This document shows positions 1 through 11,468 of a DNA stretch of 36,814 bases, piece after piece. This DNA comes from Octopus bimaculoides (taxonomy: Eukaryota). The notes below the pieces were generated by a model. It had not been told where the DNA came from and ran no database searches. It worked only from the letters and a program-made list of their open reading frames with translations. The translations under genes were made by a program, and so were the position numbers. How positions within the stretch are numbered: the first letter of the stretch is position 1; every line of letters starts with the position of its first letter. The stretch is from contig NC_068998.1 in NCBI RefSeq assembly GCF_001194135.2, forward strand, positions 11,383,389-11,420,202, given 5' to 3'.

Positions 1-74
1 GTACATATATACATACATATATATATACATACACACATACATATATATACATACATATATACATACACACACAC

Positions 75-141
<67 letters not shown>

Positions 142-262
142 TATACATATATATATACACACACACACATATATATATATATATTCATATATATACACAC
201 ACACATTGGGCAAATGACTTTTATAATATACACACACACACACATGCACATACACACTCACA
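1..262. repeat. Compound (TA)n/(CA)n microsatellite
   Basis: Directly visible. Confidence 0.95.
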
Positions 263-265
263 CTA

Positions 266-580
266 TCTACTATAGCTTCGAGCCAACCAAAGCCTTGTGA
301 GTGGATGTGGTAGACAGAAACTGAAAGAAGCCCGTCGTATATATGTATATATGTGTATACATATGTATACACATGTGTGTGTGTATATGTATGTGTGTAT
401 GTGTGTATATGTTTGTGTGTTGTGTTTCTCCTCCCAACATCACTTGACAACCGATGGTGGTGTGCTTACGTCCCCGTAACTTAGCGGTTCGGCAAAAGAG
501 ACCGATAGAATGCTCGACTAAAGGCGGTGCTCAAGGATGGCCGCAGTCAAATGACTGAAACAAGTAAAAAAAAACAAAAA
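266..580 (+). mobile_element. SINE family A, 5'-truncated
   Basis: Matches the body and tail of 18758-19145, with an internal deletion. Confidence 0.8.
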
Positions 581-982
581 ACAAAAGAGAATTATGTTTA
601 AAACTAACTTACTCGCTTTGACATCATCCAATTTTCAAAGAATGCTGGTTGGTTAAAATAATAGAAAAGACCAACAGGAAAGCTCATGTAGACTGCCATC
701 TATAACAAGCAAAGTTCAATGTCAACAACAGCAGTTTTACACCACAAACTGGTTTCAAATTTTGGCACAAGGCCAGCAATTTCAGGGGAGGAAGTAAGTT
801 GATTAAATCAACACCAATGCTTGACTGATACTTGTTTTATTGACCCTCAGAAGGACAAAGGGCAAAGTCAACCTCAGCGGAATTTGTACTCAGAATGTAA
901 TGGTTAATGAAATCCAGTTGAGCATATTGCCTGCCATAGAGCAGCATTATATTAGATCATACATTTTCTTTTTTTCTTGCCT

Positions 983-1597
983 TTAACCCTCCAATGCGGA
1001 GTATAGGCCACTTATAATTGAATTCCATGTCGCATAATTTCTCGCTTCTGTACTTATACTCTGCCATGAATGTCCCCCTTTCTCTAGTTCCTTTTGTGTT
1101 GATCTACGCCACGAGTTCTTAGGCCTACCCCTCTTTCTATATCCATCTGGATTCCACTGTAAAGCACTTTTCGCTTGCATTTGATGTGTCCTTTCTAATT
1201 GTGCTACCAATCCACTTTCACTTTTTCTTAAATATTTGCTCCCTAATCAAAACTTGATTTGCTCTTTGCTATAGCTCCATATTGCTTATGTGTTCGGGCC
1301 ATCTGATTTTAAGTATACTATGCAAGCACCTGTTGATGAATGATTGTATTTGCTTATTTGACTTAACTGTTGTTCGCCATGTCTCAGCCCCATACAATAA
1401 CACCGCTTTTACGTTAGTGTTAAAAATTCTTATTTTGTTCTTTATTGAAGTTACACTTGCGCTCTATACTTTTTTTAACATGTGAAAAGCGGTCCTTGCC
1501 TCACTTATTCTCGTCTTAATATCTTCGTCGGTGCCACCTGAGAACGTTATCTTACTACCTAAATACGTAAACTTGGCTACATCCTCTAGTTCACCTC
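983..1597 (-). mobile_element. RTE-clade LINE, 5'-truncated, decayed ORF C-terminus
   Basis: Minus-strand translation with in-frame stops: LEDVAKFTYLGSKITFSGGTDEDIKTRISEARTAF...KIRIFNTNVKAVLLYGAETW...RCLHSILKIRWPEHISN...ALQWNPDGYRKRGRPKNSWRR. FTYLGS, LLYGAETW and RGRP..W are RTE hallmarks. Confidence 0.9.
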
Positions 1598-1761
1598 TAG
1601 ATCATACATTAGGAAGTTTAAAATGTAACTGTCTTTCTTCACGAGTCCAAACAGTAGCAGTGAAAAGAAGATTGAAGTTGTGAATATGCTCATCTGGCTC
1701 CCTTCAACATAGCCAATTGTGATAGAGAAAAAGGGAGGATGAGATGACCTCTAGTATTTAA

Positions 1762-1935
1762 CCAGTGTTGGTGTGGTCGCGTCCCCATAACTTAGCGGTT
1801 CAACAAAAGAGCCCGATAGAATAAGTACCAGGCTTTAAAAAAATATACGTTCCGGAGTCAATTCATTTGACTAAATCTTCAAGGCGGCGTCCCAGTATGG
1901 CCGCAGTCTAATGAGTGAAACAAGTAAAAGAATAT
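1762..1935 (+). mobile_element. SINE family A, 3' fragment
   Basis: AACTTAGCGGTTC...GACCGATAGAATAAGTAC...GAAACAAGTAAAAG. Confidence 0.7.
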
Positions 1936-2105
1936 AAGAATATACAAAGTCGAGGCGTGTGAATCATGAAATGTTTTCACTACATTCCCTCCAAAAATCT
2001 TTTTCTTTTTTTTTTACGATAAATTCCGATATAATCGTAATAATCGACACTATCTGAAACATTTCCCTAAAACGTATGTGGGGCACACATCTGTAGTTAT
2101 GCTCC

Positions 2106-2435
2106 GTTTGTGTTGTTTATGAATATGAGTTCCGTCGTGGAACCAATGCATCCGAGACAGTTCGAAACATCAACGAGGTGTTTGGTGAAGATGTGGCGAA
2201 AGAACGCACTGTACGTCGATGGTTTGGGAAGTTCCAATCTGGTGACTTCACTCTTGAAAATCAGCCCCGTGGTAGACCTGAGATCAAGGTGGATAACGAT
2301 GAGCTGGAAACTGTAGTGGAAGTGGATACATCTCAAACAACGCATGAGTTAAGCAATAAGGTTTGATGTTTCGGTTCCAACTGTTTTGGACCATCTGAAA
2401 CAAATCGGCAAGAAGCTGGACAAGTGGGTACCACG
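2106..2435 (+). mobile_element. Mariner transposase relic (N-terminal HTH region), frameshifted and truncated
   Basis: YEYEFRRGTNASETVRNINEVFGEDVAKERTVRRWFGKFQSGDFTLENQPRGRP..., then a frameshift to FDVSVPTVLDHLKQIGKKLDKWVPR (mariner WVPHEL-like motif). No catalytic DDD domain follows. Confidence 0.88.
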
Positions 2436-3931
2436 AGGTCAACCCTGATTGAATAAAATAAGTACAGCCACTTTTCTCGCATTCTACTACGCATTTGCAC
2501 CTGGAAAACTTGTTTTTCAAAATGGTTTATAAAACAGGTGAGAAGTGTTCCAGTTTTACAAAAAGAAACTAAAATTATCGTCATTTTAAAAACTGAAGGT
2601 CAACGAAATGAAAACATTTCGAGAACTTACTGTTAACTCGCAATTTCTTCGAGTATCAATAACGAAATCATGAAACAGTTCATTTAACCATAAAGGACAG
2701 GTGTAATGAGAACTATAGAGACTGAGTCTAGGGATTATTTTATACAGTTTGTATTCATATGAGGGCTCTCGGAGAGGGTACTGGCCACGATTTACGGCCC
2801 TCTACAAAACCTTAAAAAGATTACAGCAAAGGTTCATAAATTAGACATAAAACAACCCAGCTATATATTTGTTGGAGTTCAAATAACAGAAAAAAACCAA
2901 CAAAATATTCAGAGACAACAGCAATCGGGTTGGAATCTCTGCGACTGAAATACAGAAATAATATTATAAGACTACACACAAAATGACTATCATTATGGAA
3001 AGATTTTTTTAAAAAATACTTCGTAGATTTGTTATATTTATTGCTTTAGAGTAGATGGTAGAAATTACCTTAAATATTTCTAATTTCCAGCCACCCATTC
3101 TGTAAGTGAGGGAATAAATTGAGAGAAAGTTTCCAATTTACGAAGGCATCAGACATTGGATTTGGTAATTCAACCGTTCGACTGCTGTAGTAAGGTTTAA
3201 GTGGCGACGATCTCTGCCCGAATCACCACATCTAAAAAGATCAAATACTTGATGATAAATTCTCCTCAAACATGTAATAAAAAAATCTGCGAGAGAGAAA
3301 AATTAAATTAGTGTTAATAAAAAATATTCATATGTAATGAGTTAGTTTTAAAAATCTTTTTCAATTTCGCTCGACATATATATAAAAAAAAATTATTTTT
3401 TTAAAAGTATCAAACATTAAAAGAATTGCAATAAATTTGTATTTTATTTTGGTATATTGAATAAAATATATTTTTCAGTTATGCATATTAATCAAACAAT
3501 AATATAATGATTAAATTAATTGATCAATCCACACGACTCTGGAACTAAACAAGGAAGCATTATTTTTCATAATAATTATTTTTAAATGATTTCGTTATTT
3601 AATAGTTTTACTAATTGCTATTTAATCAACCGAAAAGGTAAAAATAAAAAATGACATAGATAATATAAGATTTTTTTTTTTTTAAGATTTACAATTTACA
3701 AACCTTTAAATTAGGATTAATTTTAATAAAAAGTAATTATTTAAAAATAACTTCACTATTTAGTAGTTTTACTGTTTGTTTTTTTCACATTTACCCAAAT
3801 AATAAACAAACTTTTCTCTTTAGTATATAATTAGTAGCATATTAATGCCAGGTGTCTATTAGACATTCGGTTGAGTGCCTATTCGTTATTACACTGCAGA
3901 CAAGTATTAGCTTCCAAAAGAAAACAAAACT

Positions 3932-6900
3932 ATGGCCTCGAAGGCTGTGGTCATGTCTGTCCGTGCCGTGGCTGCGGCCACGAAGAGAGCACCGTTATAT
4001 CGTGCACCTCTGACATTGGTAAGTGAATCTATTAATCTACCATAACATTCCAATTGATTATATTGTCTGCTATTTGTGTCGGCATGATTCTGTGTCAGAA
4101 ACAAGGTTACTCTCAACATAATGGAAAATCACATTTCTCTTGTATATTTCATCATTTCATGGTCACTCTTAATACTTATTCCGTAGATATGTATATATAT
4201 ATATATATACACATCCACGTACCAAGGGTTTGTTCTTTATGCCTTATGCATATTAAATAAATATCCCTAGGTAAACGGTGGTGTATTTCATCAGCTTAAC
4301 ACTTCTCCTTACTCTACAGTTACGTAATATAATTGTTTTGCTTTTTTTTTTATTTCAATGATTCAGGACAATGTTACACTTATAAATGTATAATAGAAAG
4401 AAATTTAATGTTATTGCTTTTTCACTGACAGCAAATATATCGCCCTTTCACTCCTTCGATTGTGATCCCTATAGATTTTTCTAAGGAATAAAAATATTAA
4501 TTTAAAAAAAAACTATGATCTTGTATCAAAGGTAAAATTTAGAAATCCATTTAATTTGAAATTATTCACATCACCTTCAGGTAAAGACATTCACCTGCGT
4601 CTGTTAATATATAAATCTTGAACGTTTAACTAATCTTAATGCTTCATTTTCTCCTTTTCTCTTTCTCTCTCTCTCTCTCTTGGATTTATTGACGTCAACC
4701 TGCTTGATGTATAAATGTAATTTCTTATTTTCTTCTGATTCATTAACACTTCACCATCAGAAACACCAGTTAATGAATAAGGCAAAGAAGTGTATCGTCG
4801 TTGTTATTCTAGTTCTTTAAGGTTATACTTTCGGTGGTACAAATTATATAAATGCATCTGTTAATGATGTTATAATAAATTATATAATTCGAGGTTACAA
4901 CTCCGAAGGACGTGGAGTGGACTGATTTGTTCCATATTCAGATGGACTCTTCTAATTTATTTTATTAATCTTTCATGCAAATTATAAACTATCTTATAAC
5001 TGTATCAGGTATTTATTTATCTATATTGATACGCAATTGTAAAATATAAAAATGCTCTACTTTTGATACTGAATTCAATTTGTATTTTTTTTTTTTTTGG
5101 TATTTCAACTTTCTAACACTAATGAAATAGAAAAGTCAATCGTAGTGGAATTTTAGCTTGGGGAATACTAGTTACCACGGTAATTTTTCAGATTAACACC
5201 TGCACGATCTTCACTAGGGTGTTAGAGTTAGGGTTATGGGTTGGGGTTTTAGGGTTTGGGTTAGGGAATTCCGTCCCTAACCCTAACACTCCAGTGAAGA
5301 TCGTGCGGGTGTTAATCTGAAAAATTAGCGTTACCACTACTGCAACTTAATAATAATAATAATAATAATAATCTCTACAATAGGCACAAGGCCTAAAATT
5401 GGGGGTGAGAATGATAGTCGATTAGAAGAATGATAGTCGATAGTCGATTAGAAGAGTCGAACCAGTACTCAACTGGTACTTATTTCATCGACCCCGAAAG
5501 GATGGAAGGCAAAGTTGACCTGTACCGAATTTGAACTCGGATCGTAAAGACGGATGAAATGCCGCTAAGCAGTTTGCCCGGCGTGCTAATGATTTTGCCA
5601 GTTCGCCTCCTTGTATAATTATAATAATGATGATAAATAATCTTTCAAATTTTGGCACAAGTCCAGCATTTTTTTTTTTTTTTTTTTTTTTTTTTAGAGG
5701 GGACAGAGTAAGTCGGTTACATCACCATCAGGGCTCAACTGAAAGTTACTTCGTCGATCCCGAAAGGATTAAAAATGGCTTCTGATTTAGGCACAAAGCC
5801 TGCAATTTGAGGGGCAGGTGTTAGTCGATTAAATCAATCTCAAATACTACAGTGGTACACTATTTTATCGACTCCCAAAAGGACCAAAAGTAAAGTTGAT
5901 TTCGACGGAATTTGACCTCAGAAATTAAGGAAGCTGAACAAATACAAGACATTTTGTCCAATTTTCTAATGATTTCTGCTCAGCTCAAAGCCTCAGATTT
6001 GTAAGAAGAGAACAGTCGAGTATACCTCTGCCACTTTATTCCTCATCATCATTTAGCATCAATATTCCATGCAGACATGGGTTGGTCGGTTGGACAGGAT
6101 CTGACTGGTCCTATGCATCAAACTCCAATGTCTGTTTCAAAATGGTTTCTATGGCCGGTTGTACTTTCTAATGTCAAACACTTTACAGAGTGTACTAAGT
6201 GACTTTTCATGTCACCAGCACTAGTGGGGTCACCATGTGTAGCTCACAAGACAAGACCCCGCTTGATTGAGGGATGGTAGTTTATGCCATGTGTTGAGAG
6301 GCAAGAGTAAAACTGAGGAAAAGGAACGGGTCTCTTATTATAAAGGAGCTACATGGGTACCCCAGCTAGAAAAGGAGAGAAGATGGTGGCAGTGAGATGT
6401 TGGGACCATATCTTCAAGGTACAAGAAGGAGGGGGTACAGATGAACAGGTGAGGCAGGGATAGGGATAGAGGAGAAGGTATGTTTGCAAGAGTGTAAGGC
6501 AAGCAACAGATGGTTTGAAGTAGGGATATAGGGGATGCATTGAATGGTAAACAGGAAAGGGGATATATATAGTCAGTGGTGAATATCAGCATGGGGGAAA
6601 GTTAAAGGAAGTAGGAGTGGGCCAGGGAGGAGGAGATGAAGAAAGAATTGATGCGCTTTAGAAGAAGGAAAGGCAAAAACGAAATCAACTGTGGTAGGAT
6701 TTGAACTCAGACTGTAGTGGTGATTTCTAATATAGGTGCAAAGCCACACATTTCAATTAGATTAATGCAGTAGCTAACTTACCCCTTTTGTTGCCATATT
6801 TCCATTTAACCCTTTTTCTATTCAAATGTAATGCTTATTCATTCATATTTTTTTTTTCTTTTCAATTGATCATGTATTATCTTGTAGGTTCAAGATTTTA

Positions 6901-9252
6901 AAGTTGTGATTATTTATCTTTGAGAATGGCATTGCAGGATAAGTGTGAGAGGCCAGATCTGACTAGTCTGAACATAAAACAGATAGGATATTTGGGTCTT
7001 TGGGTCAGATACGGCCAGTTTAAATGCTAAAGGGTTAAAATATACTACATTTGTTTCAAATAATTCAATGAAATAACTTAGTCATTATTAAGATGGTGTT
7101 TGGAACATAAATTAACCTGAAATGTTATTGGAATGTTTTTAATTTACATCACATTAAAGCTGGAAGATTATATCATATAGCCAAGGACAGTCTCTGATGG
7201 GTTAGTATTGAAAGGGTTATAATATAATGCTCAAACATACATCATAAACAATATTATTATACAGGGTGTCCACAAAGTCTGGGTACATGGAGTAAATAAA
7301 ATCATAACATAAACAATTAAATATAAGAAATAATAATTTCTTAAAGTATGTGTTAATCCCCATCTGGGTACATGGAGTAAATAAAATCATAGCATAAACA
7401 ATTAAATATAAGAAATAATAATCTCTTAAAGTATGTGTTAATCCCCATGTGGGTACATGGAGTAAATAAAATCATAGCATAAACAATTAACTATANNNNN
7501 NNNNNAAATAAAATCATAACATAAACAATTAAATATAAGAAATAATAATCTCTTAAAGTATGTGTTAATCCCCATGTGGGTACATGGAGTAAATAAAATC
7601 ATAGCATAAACAATTAACTATAGGAAATAATAATTTCTTAAAGTATGTGTTAATCCTCATGTGGGTACATGGAGTAAATAAAATCACAACATAAACAATT
7701 AAATATAAGAAATAATAATTTTTTAAAGTATGTGTTAATCCCCATGTATCCAGACTTTGTGGACACCCTGTAGATTAGGTTCTACACACATTCATTGGTT
7801 TCTTCTTCAGACTCCAGCTGCTGTAAAGAAAATCAAGGAAATTATGTCTGGGAAACCTGATATGGTAAGTTGACATTCTTTGGCTTTTTTTTTTTATTCT
7901 GTCATGCCCAGGAGCGGGGAGAGAAAATTTGACTCCAGTGAGATTTGAACTCACAATGTAATGGGACACAGCTAAACACTGCAAGGTATTATTTTGTTCA
8001 TTGCTCTCTCTCAACACTCCCATTCCATCATGCATCAGATATCTTAATATTGGTTTCAAATTTTGGCACAAGGCGTGAATTTTGCTACCCTGGTAACTGT
8101 TTATTGAATTTTCCGTGAGTGGGAGTGGTGAAGGGTATTCTATTGAGGGAATGGAAGTGTGATAAAGGGACAAAAACAGGCGACAGAAAGACAGAGAGAT
8201 TTTTTTATTTCTTTCGTGGTAAATATTAGCAAAAATACATAACATTGGCTAATAACCAATAAACTCGTGCTTTCAAATAAAAGCACCTTTTGTGTTATTT
8301 GTTTTGCCCAAGTTGTCCAGATGCTCCTTTCCTCTTTCATCATCAGAAATGCACTGAACTTCTGACTGACTGACTGACTAGCCCACATGAAGCCTACAAC
8401 CAACATTATTGTACTCAAAAATAAAATATAAAATCATTAAGTCCCATTTCTTTTTACTTTTAATTTATTCACACATTAAACACACACACACACAACAGGT
8501 TTCTTTGAATTTCTGTCTACCAAATCTACTCACAAGGCTTTGGTCGGCCTGAGGGTTTAGTAGAAGACATTTGCCTAAGGTGCCACACAATCACACCTGT
8601 GCTTATGTATATGAACTTTTTTTTATGTCAATATTCTTTCGTTGAACATTCTTGTTGTTGTATTATTAACAGATTGCCTTGAGAATTGGTGTGAAAACGC
8701 GGGGTTGCAATGGACTTAGCTACACCCTTGACTATTCAAATCAAAAGGGGAAATTTGATGAAGTTATTGAGCAAGATGGTGAGTTCAATTCCTCTTTGTT
8801 TCATTCTTCTCTCAGTTTTATTTCTTGTTTTCTTCATTTTCTCCAAAGTATTTTGTTCTGGTCATTTACTTAGGACTTCGTTCAGCCCCATAGAATATCT
8901 GCCTCAATAAAATGCATCTGAGCCATGCAAGCATGGAAAAGTGGACAATAAACCAATGCTGATGACAATAGTGTGTGTGTATGTAAAATAAAATTGTTGC
9001 TGCTGCTGTTGTTTTTGTTTTTTTGTCTTTTTTTTTTTGTTTTTTGTTTTTTTTTTCAAACTAGGTTTTTTTATTTTTTTATTTTCAATTTTGTTATTTG
9101 CAGGAGTGAAAATCTTCATGGACACCAAAGCTCAATTAACACTTTTAGGCACAGAAATGGACTATGTTGAAAGCAAACTTTCTTCAGAATTTATATTTAA
9201 TAATCCCAATGTAAAAGGAACATGTGGTTGTGGAGAAAGCTTTAATGTATAA
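3932..9252 (+). CDS. ISCA1: Iron-sulfur cluster assembly 1 homolog, mitochondrial (A-type carrier), 4 exons, 131 aa
   Basis: join(3932..4018,7811..7864,8673..8778,9104..9252) = 396 nt. All introns are GT..AG with matching phases (0,0,1). Translation: MASKAVVMSVRAVAAATKRAPLYRAPLTL|TPAAVKKIKEIMSGKPDM|IALRIGVKTRGCNGLSYTLDYSNQKGKFDEVIEQD|GVKIFMDTKAQLTLLGTEMDYVESKLSSEFIFNNPNVKGTCGCGESFNV*. Contains the diagnostic IscA motifs GCNGLSY and TCGCGESF. Confidence 0.97.
5179..5329. mobile_element. 151-bp MITE-like hairpin with 55-bp TIRs, telomeric-repeat core and 8-bp TSD
   Basis: Arms 5179-5233 and 5275-5329 are reverse complements (50/55). Direct repeat GTTACCAC at 5171-5178 and 5330-5337. Confidence 0.8.
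6782..7216. mobile_element. piggyBac-type MITE (family B) interrupted by a nested family A MITE
   Basis: Termini CCCCTTTTGTTGCC...GTATTGAAAGGG. Flanking halves match the uninterrupted copy at 15574-15794 in reverse orientation. Confidence 0.6.
6810..7034. mobile_element. piggyBac-type MITE (family A), TTAA TSD
   Basis: TTAA|CCCTTT...CTAAAGGG|TTAA (TTAA at 6806-6809 and 7035-7038). Interior homologous, in reverse, to 10918-11088. Confidence 0.75.
7262..7770. mobile_element. Tc1/mariner-type MITE with internal 85-bp tandem array
   Basis: TA|CAGGGTGTCCACAAAGTCTGGGTACATGG...CCATGTATCCAGACTTTGTGGACACCCTG|TA: about 29-bp TIR with 1 mismatch and TA TSD. Interior repeats with period 85. Confidence 0.88.
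7496..7505. other. Assembly gap (10 N) inside a tandem array
   Basis: Run of 10 N. Confidence 1.
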
Positions 9253-9545
9253 CAAACTAAGGATACCTAAACGCCATGTTTTTTTTCTTTTTTCTTTCTT
9301 TCTTTTTTTCTCTCTCGCTCTCTCTCTCTCTGAAGCTTAGAACTGCATTTCTCCCGATATGATTTCACAGTAACTGCAAGTGAAGCTCATCTGTATTCTG
9401 GAGAAGTCTGCCCTTATTATATCTCTGCAATGCTTTGTTGGCCGCTCTCAAAAGAAGTCCATTTTATTAAGAATTATTTTTTGAACTCAAAGGAAAGAAA
9501 AAAAAATCTATTGATAATGCCTGTCCCACTTCCCTATAAAATATT

Positions 9546-9587
<42 letters not shown>

Positions 9588-9682
9588 GCATATATAAAAC
9601 TGGAAACGTCTGTTTCTTAATTTTATATTTCTTTACTGTGTAAATAGATGTGTACATATCAGATACTGCTTTTACACTGTTA

Positions 9683-9688
9683 AATAAA
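9683..9688 (+). promoter_or_regulatory. Candidate polyadenylation signal (AATAAA) of ISCA1
   Basis: AATAAA about 430 nt after the ISCA1 stop. Motif only, in AT-rich sequence, with no transcript evidence. Confidence 0.4.
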
Positions 9689-10638
9689 AAAAAGTAAACT
9701 AATTTTTCAATCAGCAATAACCCCTTCTATACATGTGTGCATATGATGTATGTTTCTTCGTACAACGTTGTCAGAGAATGAGTACTCAATATACTCTTGC
9801 AGTGGAGTTGTGTCGAATGTGATGTACTGTTGCGATCAATTCAATATTAATTAAAGCTGGCGAAATGAATCTGTTTGGTATTCTATGGATCTGAAATCCC
9901 AACAATATGCATGCCTGCATCTAATGTTCGTAACTTCAAATAGAAAAAAAGCAAACTTTACAAAACTATGCATTGACCTTCCTTGCTTCTCACAAAAGTT
10001 TTAATTTATTATTTCTTTTTCGTTTCTCTTTCTCTAGAAAGTTCCTTTTATACTCAGCCCAAACCCCTCTGTTTTGTACCTTTAAAATAATTTATTTCTT
10101 TTATAGGTACAAAGCCAATATTTTTCCTCTTTTTTTTTTTCTTTTCTTGTGTATGTTAGACATTTAAAGTCTCTGACTCCACCAACACAACCATCCTCCC
10201 TGATATATTACAGGTACTTGGTTTATCAATGCCTAAAAAGGTAAAAAATAAAACTACAAAGTTAAATCTAATGGGATTTGAGCTGGAAACAAATGGCTAA
10301 GATCGAAAATTGTAATGCTTTTATTTCTCTTTTTGTCCCATATCTACCTCCCCCACACGTCATAAATAGCAAAGACTTGATCTTTTTGAAGTTTTATGTT
10401 ATGAGGTACACATCTCTATTAAGTATCTTAATTGCTTCATGATGTAGCCTTCCTCTTGGGTTATCTTGGCAGGGAGAGGTGGGTGAACACTAATGAGTTG
10501 TTAAGTAGTGTAACAAAAACCAGTCATTTCAATCATCATCTCATGTCACCCTAAAAGGCCCTCGTGTTACCCTAAAGGGGCCTAATTTAACAATGAGACT
10601 AAATGCATATGGATATGACTATTTATTTATATTTTTGA

Positions 10639-10674
<36 letters not shown>

Positions 10675-10917
10675 GAAATAACTTTCTACTGTTCACATGC
10701 ACTTTTGATTCTTTTTCTTTTTTTGTGTGTGTAAAACAATCTCAAAATGATTTGCTTTCTGTTCATTTGCTGCACTATTCACTTGCATGTGCTCAGGCTG
10801 GAATCGAACCGTCAACCTTCACTTCTTGATGTATGTATTAAAACGATCCTATCCATAAACTATACCACTATCATCAGGTTCGGTCTGTTGTGGCTGGCAT
10901 AATCCCAAATTAGTTAA

Positions 10918-11088
10918 CCCTTTAGTATTTAAACCAGCCAAAATATTTGGCCAGATCCAGGCTCTCACACCTACCCTACAACGTTATTCTACATTAAGTA
11001 GTTACACCATCGAGATCTTGAAGATTAATTCAAATCAATGTGAATCAATAAGCATTACGTTTGATAGAATAATCTGAACACTAAAGGG
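10918..11088. mobile_element. piggyBac-type MITE (family A), TTAA TSD
   Basis: TTAA|CCCTTTAGT...ACTAAAGGG|TTAA (TTAA at 10914-10917 and 11089-11092). Confidence 0.8.
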
Positions 11089-11421
11089 TTAAAGTATTAA
11101 AAAAACGTAACTTTAATTATTCTGTAATTAATGGGTCACGGAGACGACAGTGGCCTGGTGGATCTGAACACCGGTAAAACTAAATGAAATAAAAGTTAGC
11201 AAGTTCATTGCACCTAATAATGAACAAAGAAGCTATTTCAAACAAATGTTTTACAATACAAAAAAAAAAATATGAGGATTAACAATCTGAAGTCATTCCA
11301 TCCATATGAAAAGTACTGATCATAGTTAAGTTTGTTTTTTTCACATAGAACATCACTTTGGTTTTCAAAGTTGCAAGGAGGTGTTTGGGAGTTTATCCCC
11401 ATTATGATTTTATATGCATAT

Positions 11422-11468
<47 letters not shown>

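Noticed and set aside
2700-3200. Minus-strand splice-like signals (donor about 3068, acceptor about 2946) suggesting a transcript divergent from ISCA1
   Set aside because: No ORF or homology; such motifs arise by chance in AT-rich DNA and cannot be supported without RNA data.
6330-6660. Purine-rich, strand-asymmetric stretch in ISCA1 intron 1
   Set aside because: No ORF, termini or second copy in the window; probably a decayed repeat that I cannot classify.
7281-7747. Regularly spaced repeats superficially like a CRISPR array
   Set aside because: Whole 85-bp units repeat with no unique spacers, they sit inside MITE TIRs in a eukaryotic intron, and there are no cas genes.
8140-8418. Minus-strand ORF within ISCA1 intron 2 with a vague resemblance to the RRP40 C-terminus
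   Set aside because: No GxNG motif and no suitable acceptor; chance similarity.
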